Source: an uncultured Gammaproteobacteria bacterium
Lineage (GTDB): Bacteria > Patescibacteriota > Microgenomatia > Daviesbacterales > UBA10151
Length of the DNA stretch: 64,000 nucleotides
Direction: 5' to 3'
Assembly (NCBI GenBank): GCA_964649615.1
Contig: CAZYPW010000004.1
Span: 9,153 to 73,152 of the forward strand
Shown here: piece by piece, positions 39,450 through 49,126 of the stretch
Layout of the letters: every line of letters starts with the position of its first letter
Position numbering within the stretch: the first letter of the stretch is position 1
The notes under the pieces: model-generated
The model's input: only the letters and a program-made list of their open reading frames with translations
The model's database searches: none
Told to the model about the DNA's origin: nothing
Program-made: the position numbers and the translations under genes

Positions 39450-40561
39450 TATCCTCCCACAAGCTTTTTCAAAAGATCCAACGTCCTAGTTTGCCTTAAG
39501 GCATGGCGCAGGTGCAATTTTGGTTCCTGGGCTTCAAATTGCTTTTTCACTCTGGCATCTTGGATTTTATCTATCTCTGCTTGTAACTGCTCATCTGTGA
39601 TGGTGACATTCTCTTGCCTGGCTATATCTGCTAACCCTAGCTCCATCCTGACATTTTTCTCAGCCTGCGGCCTCCATTCAGTCTTGATTTGGTCCAGAGT
39701 TTTATTCTGGCCTTTTAGATAATCTTCCAGTAAAAGCCCCATATCAGCTACCCTTCTTTGGAGTGAAACTAACATTCTGTTTAATTCATCCTGGATTAAT
39801 ACTTCTGGTAAATCTACTGTAGTAATCTTTTCTACTTCCTGCAGTATTGACTCCTCATAATCAAGCTCATTATTATAGTTAACATTATCTTCTAGATCCT
39901 TTCTTACTTTGGTTTTTAAATCTACTAAATTAGTTCCTCCCATAGCCTTAGCAAAATCATCATTAGGTTGATCTGATGGTGCGCTAGCAGGAACTGCTGA
40001 TTGAGTTTGCTGTCCACCTTGAAAATTTATAGAACCTGCCTGATTTATATTCTGTGTTGCTGAGGGCTGAGGGCTGAGGGCTGTTGGCTGACCAACTGGC
40101 TGCCTTACTTTCCATCTTTTATATAAATCATCAATTACTTTGTTTATTTCTTCATCAGTAACAGGCTTTATGGCAGGCCTTACAGCTTTGATTATTTTGT
40201 AATTTCCCACTTTCACAGCTGGCCTGTTTGTCACTGTTGCTTTAAATTGCAGTTGAGTACCCTTCACAAAAGATAACAGGTCATATTTTGGATAATCTAT
40301 TGGGACAATTTCACTCCCCTTTAGAGCTTCTATTAAAAAGTTGGGCATAGCAACCTTTAAAACTTCATCCTGGAGCCTTTGGCCCAATTGCTGTTCCACC
40401 ATATTAAGTGGTGCCTGGCCTTTTCTAAAACCGGATATTTCTATATCTTGAGCCATTCTCTGCAGAGTCTGATCCCAGGTTGGGGCTAAATCACTCCAAG
40501 GTACAGTAATGCTAACTTCTATTATAGATTTAGGTAAGTTGGTAATATTTTTTGTAATCAT
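39449..40561 (-). CDS. tig: trigger factor (N-terminal ribosome-binding domain present; short, Q-rich insert)
   Basis: GFRKGQAPLNMV signature loop of the Tig N-domain. Contains a GGCTGAG x3 tandem repeat at ~40046-40070. Confidence 0.7.
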   Translation of the reverse strand: MITKNITNLPKSIIEVSITVPWSDLAPTWDQTLQRMAQDIEISGFRKGQAPLNMVEQQLGQRLQDEVLKVAMPNFLIEALKGSEIVPIDYPKYDLLSFVKGTQLQFKATVTNRPAVKVGNYKIIKAVRPAIKPVTDEEINKVIDDLYKRWKVRQPVGQPTALSPQPSATQNINQAGSINFQGGQQTQSAVPASAPSDQPNDDFAKAMGGTNLVDLKTKVRKDLEDNVNYNNELDYEESILQEVEKITTVDLPEVLIQDELNRMLVSLQRRVADMGLLLEDYLKGQNKTLDQIKTEWRPQAEKNVRMELGLADIARQENVTITDEQLQAEIDKIQDARVKKQFEAQEPKLHLRHALRQTRTLDLLKKLVGG

Positions 40562-40597
40562 TTATGAAAGGTATTGTATTAGAAATGATCTTTAAAA

Positions 40598-42313
40598 TCA
40601 ATTAGAAGCTATTTGTTTAATTAATTCATTAAGAGTAATAAAAGAAGTTTCCTTTTCTGATCTTTTTTTAACCTCTAATTTTTCACCTGCTTGCCCTGAG
40701 CTTGTCGAATGGGTTTTTTTAGAAATAACCACCCTATATGGAATACCTATTAAATCACAATCTGCAAACTTTTCCCCAGCAGAAACTCCTACTCTATCAT
40801 CAAAAAGTACCTCCACTCCCTCTACCTGAAGTAATCCATATACTTTTTCAGCTTCTTTTCTTACCTTTTCATCCTCCATGTCTAACCCCACAAGATGTAC
40901 CATGTACGGTGCCACACTCTCCGGCCAGATAATCCCTTTCTCATCATGAAAAACTTCCACAATTGCTGCCAAAGTTCTTCCCAAACCAATCCCATAACAA
41001 CCCATGTAATATGGCTTCTCTTTTCCTTGTTGATCCACAAAATTAGCTCCCTTCATTTTAGATGAATAGTGAAATCCTAATTGAAAAATGTTTCCAACCT
41101 CAATTCCTTTTTTTGTAACTAAGGGTAAATGGTTTTTGGAAGTACATCCTTCTTTGGCCAAAGCAATATCTGCCTCAACATCAACTTTATAATCTCTACC
41201 AAGATTAACATTAAGCAAATCTCTGTGTTTTTTATTTGCTCCAGTATAAGCATTTTTAATGCTTCTCAAAGATAAATCTCCAATTACCTTAACCTTTTTG
41301 TTAAGTCCAACAGGAGATATAAAACCAGGTTCTGAACCCAATTTTCTAATTTCTTCCTCTGTAGCATGACGCAATCTATAAGCTTTTGCAGCATGAGCGA
41401 GTTTTACTTCATTTACATCTAAATCCCCACGGATTACAGCCAATATAAAATTGCCATTTTCATCAACCATCATCAAATCTTTCATCTGTTGCCACAAAGG
41501 CAACTTATGTAGCTTTACCCCGTCTTCCATAGTATTACCCCTTACTGCCTCTATTTCCTCTATTTTTTTCTCAGCTTCATTCAGATTTTTATTTTCAAAT
41601 TCAAATACTGCTACATCTTCATGGGCACTATAACCTACCTCATCCATAAGAAATTTACTTTCACCTATTTCGCTTTCTACCACAAATTCATGACAATATT
41701 CTCCGCCAATGTATCCATTATCTGATTCAACCAACAAAGTATTTAATCCTACTCTTTTAAAAATCTCTTCATATGTTTTTTCCATCTTATCGTATTCCTT
41801 CCTAAAGTCCTCCTCAGTTGCATGGAAAGAATAGGCATCTTTCATGACAAACTCTCTTAGGCGCAATAGCCCACCACGGGCCCGCATTTCATCTCTGAAT
41901 TTGACTGAAAATTGATATAAATTAAAAGGTAAATCTTTATAAGAAAGATTGAATTTCCTCACCAGATCTACCAACATCTCCTCTGCAGTTCCACCTAAGA
42001 CAAACTCCATCTCCTGCCTATCTTTAATACTCATCAGCTCAAATCCTACGGAGCTTGTTCTATTAGTTTCTTCCCATAAATACTTTGGGTGAAGCACCGG
42101 GGCAATTAACTCTTGAGCACCAGCTTTATCCATCTCTTCCTTAATAATTGTTTGAATTTTTTGATGAACCCTCCAACCTAAAGGTAAAAAATAATATCTT
42201 CCAGCTACAGATTCTCTGATAAAACCTGCTCTATAAAGCAATTTATGCGAATCCAATATTGCATCTTTAGGAGTATCTTTAATTGTTTTTCCAAATAATC
42301 TTGAGTATTTCAT
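40598..42313 (-). CDS. proS: prolyl-tRNA synthetase (bacterial type)
   Basis: Class II motifs incl. FRDEMRARGGLLRLREFVMKDAYSF (motif 2) and a GCYGIGLGR-like motif 3. Start placed at MKYSRLFG. A 24-nt block shared with thyA lies near the C-terminus. Confidence 0.9.
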   Translation of the reverse strand: MKYSRLFGKTIKDTPKDAILDSHKLLYRAGFIRESVAGRYYFLPLGWRVHQKIQTIIKEEMDKAGAQELIAPVLHPKYLWEETNRTSSVGFELMSIKDRQEMEFVLGGTAEEMLVDLVRKFNLSYKDLPFNLYQFSVKFRDEMRARGGLLRLREFVMKDAYSFHATEEDFRKEYDKMEKTYEEIFKRVGLNTLLVESDNGYIGGEYCHEFVVESEIGESKFLMDEVGYSAHEDVAVFEFENKNLNEAEKKIEEIEAVRGNTMEDGVKLHKLPLWQQMKDLMMVDENGNFILAVIRGDLDVNEVKLAHAAKAYRLRHATEEEIRKLGSEPGFISPVGLNKKVKVIGDLSLRSIKNAYTGANKKHRDLLNVNLGRDYKVDVEADIALAKEGCTSKNHLPLVTKKGIEVGNIFQLGFHYSSKMKGANFVDQQGKEKPYYMGCYGIGLGRTLAAIVEVFHDEKGIIWPESVAPYMVHLVGLDMEDEKVRKEAEKVYGLLQVEGVEVLFDDRVGVSAGEKFADCDLIGIPYRVVISKKTHSTSSGQAGEKLEVKKRSEKETSFITLNELIKQIASN

Positions 42314-42351
42314 ACTTATAATATAGCATGACTGAGTGAGCATGTACACGC

Positions 42352-43557
42352 TCAAATTACTTGGAAGGAGGAACCATCTCTGGAGACTCCGCACTCATTA
42401 AATACATCTACCCACCAAGAATAGTTGCCTGCTGATTTGACCAAATCCACTGGAAAAGTATACCAATTATTTGTTATTCCATTAAAATCATGCTGAGTGC
42501 CCGTTGTATCAACTAATCTAACATTATAAGTAACATTACTTGATTCATTCCAAGATACAGTTCTACTGTTGTTATTGTAGCCTAGTCCTGTAGGTATAGC
42601 TGGGGGTGTACAAGAAGGAGGGGCAGTAGATTCAGGTTGTGCAGACGGCTCTGCATTAGCTGGGGCAGTACTACCAACAGGCACACGAATTAAGGCAGCA
42701 GGATTATTTGTTTGCTCTCCTAAAGCTCGCAGGTACCTTTCAGGATCCTTTTCATAAGCTGCACAATCTGGAATATATTTCAATGTACCTTCTCCACATT
42801 TATCAGCTGGTTTACTATTACTAGTGGATGTTTGTTGAGTATTTTTTGAGGATTCAGTTTGTTTCTGGTTTTGATTTGATGATTTGCTTCTTTCCTGCTC
42901 AGATCTTTTTCTCTCCTCTTCCAATCTTTTTCTCTCCTCTTCAGCTTTCTTTCTCTCTTCCTCAGCTTTTTTCCTGGATTCTTCCAAATCTCTTAATGCC
43001 TTTTCTACTGCTTCTCTTTGCCTTTCAGCCTCATTTGGGTCTACTGTGTTTACCTGTGAAGGTGGCTGTGTTGCAGCCGGCTGTTGTTGCCCCCTATTAG
43101 AAGTATTCTGTATTGGGGTAGGTTGAACTGATGTTTGGCTCTGGTCCGAAGCTGCTGCTTTATCGCTTAATTGCTTTAAACTCTCTTTATATTTATCTAT
43201 GGAATTTTCAACCTGAGTAAAAAGTTGCTCTTTTTGGGCATGGTTTGTAATCTTTGATATATCCAAGACAGCTGCATTAGTTTGGGCTACCAGTTCGTCT
43301 AAAGTAATTACTGCTGATTTACCTTTATCAAACAAAATTTTGATCTCCTCAAATCTTTTATCAGATCTGGCAGCAGCAAACCAAGCTTTAGTAGAAGGAT
43401 TAAGGGAGGCCACATTATAGATTATATCCTCCAAAAATCTCTTAATGGGGTATGTTGCATCACCTGGCACTGCATTGTTGGAGATTAAAGCCAAAGCTGC
43501 TGGAGGAAATAAAACAATAGATAGTATCAGTACCAAGGTACTGATTATTTTGACCAT
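42352..43557 (-). CDS. hypothetical N-terminally anchored secreted protein with charged coiled-coil (ERKKAEEER) repeats and a C-terminal Cys-containing domain
   Basis: N-terminal TM (ISTLVLILSIVLF). Imperfect direct DNA repeats encode EERKKAEEERKRLEEERKR. The C-terminal ~90 aa has 2 Cys and aromatic residues. No family assigned. Confidence 0.45.
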   Translation of the reverse strand: MVKIISTLVLILSIVLFPPAALALISNNAVPGDATYPIKRFLEDIIYNVASLNPSTKAWFAAARSDKRFEEIKILFDKGKSAVITLDELVAQTNAAVLDISKITNHAQKEQLFTQVENSIDKYKESLKQLSDKAAASDQSQTSVQPTPIQNTSNRGQQQPAATQPPSQVNTVDPNEAERQREAVEKALRDLEESRKKAEEERKKAEEERKRLEEERKRSEQERSKSSNQNQKQTESSKNTQQTSTSNSKPADKCGEGTLKYIPDCAAYEKDPERYLRALGEQTNNPAALIRVPVGSTAPANAEPSAQPESTAPPSCTPPAIPTGLGYNNNSRTVSWNESSNVTYNVRLVDTTGTQHDFNGITNNWYTFPVDLVKSAGNYSWWVDVFNECGVSRDGSSFQVI

Positions 43558-43585
43558 AATTTAACTATACCAATTTATGATCAAT

Positions 43586-44674
43586 TTATGGAAGTAGTTT
43601 TTTGATATCAGAATAAGTTATCAGTACTGCTAAAGATAATAAAAGGACAAAGCCTACAGTATGGATCAGCTTCTCCACCTCTGCTTTAACCTTTTTGCCA
43701 ATGGCAGCCTCAATTAATAAAAAAAGTAGCCTTCCTCCATCCAGAGCAGGAATTGGTAAAACATTAAAAATTGTAAGAGTTAAAGATAAAACTCCTATAA
43801 ACCAAAGGTAAGGTAAAATAGCTTGCCAGCCTGTACTTAAGATATTACTGGTAATATTAGCAATCCCAATAGGCCCTGCCACACTTTGGGAAACTGTTTG
43901 TAAGTCTCCTCTAAATAGATTGGAAAACATCTGTCCTAGACCCATAAAAGTAACTCTGGTTAGATCATAAGAATAAGTGATACCTGAAAATAATTTTTCT
44001 CCTAAAGTAAGATATTGTTTAAAAGGGATGGGAGAAAAAGCCACTCCTATTAGATAATCTCCATTGTCTGCTTGTTTGGGAGTAATTGTTAATAACCTGG
44101 GATTTTGGCCCTCAATATCTGCCAATTTAACTTCTATCTTCGCTCCCTTTTTTTCTTGAATAAATTTTTTGCCATCTGTCAAATTGATTAATTTTTGATT
44201 ATCTATTGCTAAAATTCTATCTCCAACTTTAATCCCAGCTTGTTGTGCAGGAAAATTATTCTCAACAAACCCCACAAAAATTCCAGGCTCAATTGTTGGA
44301 TAAATAATCTTAAAGTTCTGGAAGAATAAAACCACATAAAAAATAAGCCAAGCCAAAAGTAAATTCATCACTACTCCACCTATGACTACTAAAATCCTTT
44401 GGTGAACAGATTTTGCAGCAAAGGAGCGGGGATTTTTTAAAATTTTACCATCTACCTCATCTTCACCTAGAAGTTTTACAAATCCCCCATAAGGAATCCA
44501 ATTTATAGAATATAGTGTCTCGCCAATTTTTTTGCCCCAAATCCTAGGAGGTATACCGAAACCGAATTCTTCAACCTTGATACCAAACCTTTTGGCCATC
44601 AAAAAATGGCCCAATTCATGGATTACAACTAATACCAGTAGGGTAATGATAAAAATAAGTATGGATATTATCAT
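43586..44674 (-). CDS. rseP: RIP metalloprotease RseP (site-2 protease, M50)
   Basis: HELGHFLMAKRFG (HExxH), PDZ domain and C-terminal LDGG motif. Confidence 0.85.
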   Translation of the reverse strand: MIISILIFIITLLVLVVIHELGHFLMAKRFGIKVEEFGFGIPPRIWGKKIGETLYSINWIPYGGFVKLLGEDEVDGKILKNPRSFAAKSVHQRILVVIGGVVMNLLLAWLIFYVVLFFQNFKIIYPTIEPGIFVGFVENNFPAQQAGIKVGDRILAIDNQKLINLTDGKKFIQEKKGAKIEVKLADIEGQNPRLLTITPKQADNGDYLIGVAFSPIPFKQYLTLGEKLFSGITYSYDLTRVTFMGLGQMFSNLFRGDLQTVSQSVAGPIGIANITSNILSTGWQAILPYLWFIGVLSLTLTIFNVLPIPALDGGRLLFLLIEAAIGKKVKAEVEKLIHTVGFVLLLSLAVLITYSDIKKLLP

Positions 44675-44679
44675 AAGTA

Positions 44680-44777
44680 AAAACTCAAAAGTTAAAAGTC
44701 AAAATTACAATTAAAAAATAAAAAGTTTTCTTAGAGAAAACTACCATACTTTTGATTTTTGCATTTTGAATTTTGAA
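44680..44777. repeat. AT-rich intergenic repeat related to 32990-33090
   Basis: taaaaactcaaaagttaaaagtcaaaatt ... cttttgatttttgcattttgaattttgaact, with the same terminal motifs as the recR-proximal spacer. Confidence 0.4.
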
Positions 44778-45332
44778 CTATATTTGTACTAACTCTTCCT
44801 CCTTAGTCTTCCCCAAACTTTCAACTTCTGCTATCTTTTTATCCACCAACTCCTGAAGCAGTTTTTCTCTTCTGAAAAATTCATCTTCACCAAATTTTCC
44901 ATCATCAGATTGTTTTTTCCACTCATTCCTAAAATCTTGCCTGATTTGCCTGATGGATACCTTAGTATCCTCCATTTTGTGCTGCAGAATTTTAATAAAT
45001 TCTTCTCTTCTCTCTGCAGTTAAAGGAGGGATAGGCAATCTGATTAGAGTTCCTTCATTAGAAGGGTTTAAACCTAAATTTGCTTCCTGAATTGCTTTAA
45101 TTACGTTTTGCAGCACTGAGGCATCCCAAACTTGAACTGTCAAAAGAGAGGGTTGCGGTACAGAGATATTTCCCACTTCAATCAGTTTCATAATACCCCC
45201 ATAAGCCTCAACTGGAATATTCTCAATCATGCCAGGATTTGCTCTGCCAGCCCTAATCCCTGCCAACTCCATTTTAAAATGATGCAAGGCATCTTCTATT
45301 TTTTTGTTTGGTTCAGACAGTACTGGATCCAT
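44778..45332 (-). CDS. frr: ribosome recycling factor
   Basis: 184 aa. The ...AGIRAGRANPGMIENIPVEAYGG... pattern is typical of Frr. Confidence 0.9.
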   Translation of the reverse strand: MDPVLSEPNKKIEDALHHFKMELAGIRAGRANPGMIENIPVEAYGGIMKLIEVGNISVPQPSLLTVQVWDASVLQNVIKAIQEANLGLNPSNEGTLIRLPIPPLTAERREEFIKILQHKMEDTKVSIRQIRQDFRNEWKKQSDDGKFGEDEFFRREKLLQELVDKKIAEVESLGKTKEEELVQI

Positions 45333-45460
45333 GTTTATTAAATTCTAAATACTAATATCGAAATTCGAAACAAATTCTAATATTCAAAATTCAAAAGTTT
45401 TAAACATTTGAAAATTAGAATTTTGATATTGTTTCGTATTTAGGATTTCGTGCTTCGAGT

Positions 45461-45910
45461 TTACTCTCCTAAAGATATTCGCTCAAACCTGCTAACCTGA
45501 ATATTTTCTCCCAATTTTCCCATAACTGATTTTATCAACTGGTCAACAGTCAAAGTATTATCTCTAATATACTCTTGTTTAAGTAACTGCTCTACAGATG
45601 AAGGATTCATAGAGGCAATTTGTAAAGAGAGTTCATGGGCTAAATTTTTAAAATCATCAGTTCTAGCCACAAAATCTGTTTCACAAAGCAGTTCAACTAA
45701 AACTCCAACTTTTCCAGAGTGGGAATAAACATCAACAATACCTGCTTTAGTTTCCCTGCCGCCTTTTTTAGCTCCCTTTTCAAATCCTTTTTGTTTTAGG
45801 TACTCTTTGGCTTTTTCAATATTGCCCTTAGAAGAGCTCAGGGCCTCTTTACAGTCAGCAATCCCAGCCCCTGTTTGTTCCCTTAACTTTTTAATTAAAT
45901 CTAAATTCAT
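45461..45910 (-). CDS. tsf: elongation factor Ts (short form)
   Basis: N-terminal UBA-like LIKKLREQTGAGIADCKEAL and a TDFVARTDDF core. Only 149 aa. Confidence 0.75.
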   Translation of the reverse strand: MNLDLIKKLREQTGAGIADCKEALSSSKGNIEKAKEYLKQKGFEKGAKKGGRETKAGIVDVYSHSGKVGVLVELLCETDFVARTDDFKNLAHELSLQIASMNPSSVEQLLKQEYIRDNTLTVDQLIKSVMGKLGENIQVSRFERISLGE

Positions 45911-46752
45911 ACTATTTTTTCTGATTCTTTAACTGCTGCTTTTTCTACTTGTTCTTCTGCTGCTGCAACTTCCATTTTTATCTCTTCAGGCAATTCTTCA
46001 TCAGCAGCTTTTTTCTCATCAGATAACCTTTTTTGCTCTGCCTTTTCAGCAATTTTTCCCGCCTCTTTTTTACCTTCTGAATATGCTTCTATTAAACATT
46101 CTACTAAAATTTTAATAGATTTGATGGCATCATCATTGCCTGTTACAAAATGATCTAATCTGGTGGGATCTGCATTTGAATCAGCTATGGCAAAGACTTT
46201 AATGCCCAGCCTGCCTGCTTCTTTGGTAGCAATTTCATCTGTAACAGCATCTGCTACAAAAACCCCTCCAGGCAGAACTTCCATATTCAAACAGCCTTTA
46301 TAAACTTGTTCTAATTTTTCTATTTTCCTGCTTATTAAAAGCTGTTCTTTTTTGGTATATTTTTTTAGTTGCCCTTTTTCTTTTTGCTCTTTTAATTCCT
46401 TTAATTTTTTAATATTTTTGAATACTTCATCAAAATTAGTCAAAAATCCTCCAACCCATCTCTCTGTTAAATATGGTGCTCCTGCTTTTTGGGCTGCTTC
46501 TTCAATAATAGCTCTGGCTTGTTTTTTAGTTCCTACTAACAACAAAGTTTTACCCTCTTTGCCAAAATTATATAAAGCCTCTGCAGTTTCTTTAAGCAGT
46601 TTTTCTGTTTTAGTTAAATCAATAATATGGACCCCATCTTTAGCTCCATAGATATATGGTTTCATCCTGGGGTGACCACGCCTAACCTGATGTCCAAAAT
46701 GAACACCAGCCACAAGTAGTTCCTGTAATGTTGGTAATTTATACGCTGACAT
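45907..46752 (-). CDS. rpsB: 30S ribosomal protein S2 with acidic C-terminal extension
   Basis: LLVAGVHFGHQVRRGHPRMKPYIYG and LLVGTKKQ motifs. Confidence 0.9.
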   Translation of the reverse strand: MSAYKLPTLQELLVAGVHFGHQVRRGHPRMKPYIYGAKDGVHIIDLTKTEKLLKETAEALYNFGKEGKTLLLVGTKKQARAIIEEAAQKAGAPYLTERWVGGFLTNFDEVFKNIKKLKELKEQKEKGQLKKYTKKEQLLISRKIEKLEQVYKGCLNMEVLPGGVFVADAVTDEIATKEAGRLGIKVFAIADSNADPTRLDHFVTGNDDAIKSIKILVECLIEAYSEGKKEAGKIAEKAEQKRLSDEKKAADEELPEEIKMEVAAAEEQVEKAAVKESEKIV

Positions 46753-46884
46753 TGTCTCTTCTCCTCCTCATGGCTATGGATTCAGAGACAAAACCATGAG
46801 TGTGTAATAAAAGATATTCTAACAAATTCATCAAGATAAAACAATAGGCACAAATATACACTTGGGGGTGTATCACGTTGACAC

Positions 46885-47361
46885 CTAGGGTTTTTCTAAA
46901 TCTAGAAATTTATATTTCAACCCATTATATTCATGACTTTCTTCGAAAACCACTTTTTTAAAGTTTGAGTAATCCGGGAAAAAAACATCTGCATCAGGAT
47001 TATCTTCAATTACTGTTAAGTAAAGCTTATTTGCTATCCCAATTGCCTGTTTATAAATTTCTCCACCTCCAATAATAAATACTTCTTCTTCATTTTGCAC
47101 CAGGCCTAAGGCTTCTTCTAAAGAATGGGTAACTGAAACTCCTTCTGCAAAATAATCTTCATCGCGGGTGATAACAATATTTCTTCTATTAGGCAGTGGT
47201 ACCCCAATTGATTCAAAAGTTTTCCTACCCATGATAATTGGGTGCCCAGAAGTTATTTCTTTAAATCTTTTTAAATCTTGCGGGATATGATAAATCAACC
47301 TATTATTTTTACCTATTGCCCTATTTTCTGATGCTATTGCTGCAATCATGGAAATTCGCAT
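46885..47361 (-). CDS. folA: dihydrofolate reductase
   Basis: ISMIAAIASENRAIGKNNRLIYHIPQDLKRFKEITSGHPIIMGRKTFESIG. Start at MRISM preferred; the ORF track extends to 47412. Confidence 0.8.
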   Translation of the reverse strand: MRISMIAAIASENRAIGKNNRLIYHIPQDLKRFKEITSGHPIIMGRKTFESIGVPLPNRRNIVITRDEDYFAEGVSVTHSLEEALGLVQNEEEVFIIGGGEIYKQAIGIANKLYLTVIEDNPDADVFFPDYSNFKKVVFEESHEYNGLKYKFLDLEKP

Positions 47362-47365
47362 AGTA

Positions 47366-48379
47366 CTATCCTGACATTTTACCAGTTTTCGGATCATAAA
47401 GCCCACCGGCAACAGTTAACTCTGCTTTAAGCATTGGATAAGGATCATAACCCTCAAGCTCTACCATTTCCGGTTTAAAATCATCAATAGATTTTAATTT
47501 TCCATTTATTTTTATCTTAGGAAATGGACGGGGCTTTCTTTTTAATTGCTCTTTTACTTGCGGAATATGATTTTCATAAATATGCGCATCTCCAAAAGTA
47601 TGGATAAATTCTCCTGGTTTAAGTCCGGCAATCTTTGCCAAAACTATTGTAAGTAATGCGTAGCTTGCAATATTGAAAGGCACCCCCAAAAATAAATCAG
47701 AAGAGCGTTGATATAATTGCAGAGATAATTTTCCATTCCTGTTTGAAATTTGAAACATATTATGACAAATTGGAAATCTTGATGCATCTTCATTTGTAGC
47801 CATGGTATATAAATATTCCGGATTCCAGGAATTTACAATTAAGTTTTTTGCATCCGGGTCATCTTTCATCTCCTGTAATATCCACTTAAGTTGATCTATA
47901 GTTCGACCCTTTTTTCTGGCCTGCCCTGAGCTTGTCGAATGGGTTGGCCATTTTCTCCACATCTCTCCATAAATTCTTGGTAATTCCCCGTGCTCTTTAG
48001 CAAACTTTTTATCTGTTTTTATTTTCTCTATAAATTCTTCCTTACTTTTGACTTTTGACTTTTGACTTTTGACTTTGTATATCTTATACGGATAATCATC
48101 CCAAATATGCACATTTTGATCTACCAAATATTTAATATTGGTCTGTCCTGACATAAACCAATAGAGCTCATGTATTACTCCTTTCCAGTAAACTTTTTTG
48201 GTAGTTAAAAGCGGGAATCCGCCAGCTGGCGGACTTTGGGACAAATCATATCTTGTTTGCCTGCCAAAAAGAGAGTACAGCACAATCCCTGTTCCCCGAT
48301 CCACTTTCCTTTCTCCATGTTCCAAGGCTTCCTTTAATAAATCTAAGTATTGATATTCAGGATGTTTCTGCTTTACCAT
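47366..48379 (-). CDS. thyA: thymidylate synthase ThyA carrying several short in-frame insertions
   Basis: GFPLLTTKK and HELYWF motifs and the catalytic-Cys region (FPICHNMFQ). Insertions relative to the E. coli ThyA sequence as recalled: SPPAG (palindrome), KVKSQKSKVKSK (heptamer repeat) and HSTSSGQARKK (block shared with proS). Confidence 0.9.
   Translation of the reverse strand: MVKQKHPEYQYLDLLKEALEHGERKVDRGTGIVLYSLFGRQTRYDLSQSPPAGGFPLLTTKKVYWKGVIHELYWFMSGQTNIKYLVDQNVHIWDDYPYKIYKVKSQKSKVKSKEEFIEKIKTDKKFAKEHGELPRIYGEMWRKWPTHSTSSGQARKKGRTIDQLKWILQEMKDDPDAKNLIVNSWNPEYLYTMATNEDASRFPICHNMFQISNRNGKLSLQLYQRSSDLFLGVPFNIASYALLTIVLAKIAGLKPGEFIHTFGDAHIYENHIPQVKEQLKRKPRPFPKIKINGKLKSIDDFKPEMVELEGYDPYPMLKAELTVAGGLYDPKTGKMSG
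48044..48076. repeat. (CTTTTGA)x4 heptamer tandem repeat inside thyA
   Basis: acttttgacttttgacttttgacttttgactttg. Encodes KVKSQKSKVKSK on the coding strand. Confidence 0.6.
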
Positions 48380-48401
48380 TTTTTAATTTCTAATAAAAAC
48401 A

Positions 48402-48470
48402 GCGAAGTCTGAGTCATAAAAGCAATCTGAAGATTTTGTGTGTAAGTTGCTAGTCACAAAATCTTCACAT
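48402..48470. repeat. intergenic hairpin element (perfect 12-bp stem), family member X
   Basis: gcgaagtc...gaagattttgtg[tgtaagttgctagt]cacaaaatcttc has a perfect 12-bp stem at 48429-48466. Related copy at 49127-49210. Confidence 0.5.
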
Positions 48471-48545
48471 AGTGAAACTAGAGTATAACTTTAATGATTA
48501 ATAATTTCTAGTCGAACGGTGCTTTTTGACCAGATGAGCTGATTT

Positions 48546-49109
48546 CTACACTTGTCTTTCTACTTTCTTCGGGCTGACTCTACCTCCCTGGTGTTGCCCC
48601 CTATACTTTATAGTTTTTCCTTCTATCTTATGAAAAATTATATTACAAATTCTGGCACCCAGCTGTAACTTTACGGGAAAAGGAGAAAGATTTGTGAGTC
48701 CCATCGTAAGCTTACCCACATATCCCGGATCTGTTTTGCTATTAAGCAGCAAAAGCCCTGATCTAAAAAGGGAAGTTCGCGGGTGAAGTATTGGCATTAA
48801 ATCTTCCGGTGTATTTATCTCCTCATATGTTTGCACCAGATAATATTCTCCAGGCTTTATTGTTACCTCCAAAACCTTCCCTTCCACAAACTCTGCAACT
48901 AATTTTGTTTCCACTCCCTTCCTGTTACCTAAAACCTGTCCACTGTCCACTTCTATAAAAGCCCCGCCTTTTATGATTTTATGCACAGAACCTAACCTTA
49001 AATCCACCCCCACACCCTCTGGATAATTTAGTTCTCTTTTACCCAGGTTTTTTATTAACCCATACTTTTTTATTCTTTTGTGGATTTGATTAATTCCAAG
49101 TACAGACAT
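48546..49109 (-). CDS. dCTP deaminase/dUTPase-family protein (second paralogue)
   Basis: Dcd/dUTPase-fold motifs RTSLFRSGL and DPGYVGKLTMGL. ATG start at 49109 preferred over the GTG start at 49136. Confidence 0.7.
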   Translation of the reverse strand: MSVLGINQIHKRIKKYGLIKNLGKRELNYPEGVGVDLRLGSVHKIIKGGAFIEVDSGQVLGNRKGVETKLVAEFVEGKVLEVTIKPGEYYLVQTYEEINTPEDLMPILHPRTSLFRSGLLLLNSKTDPGYVGKLTMGLTNLSPFPVKLQLGARICNIIFHKIEGKTIKYRGQHQGGRVSPKKVERQV

Positions 49110-49126
49110 AGTAAATTTATAAGGAG

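Noticed and set aside
46753-46884. Possible rpsB leader structure / folA terminator (hairpins catggctatgg...ccatgag and ggtgtatcacgttgacacc).
   Set aside because: Stems are short, there is no flanking T-run in the correct orientation, and I cannot verify conservation. Insufficient support to call a regulatory element.
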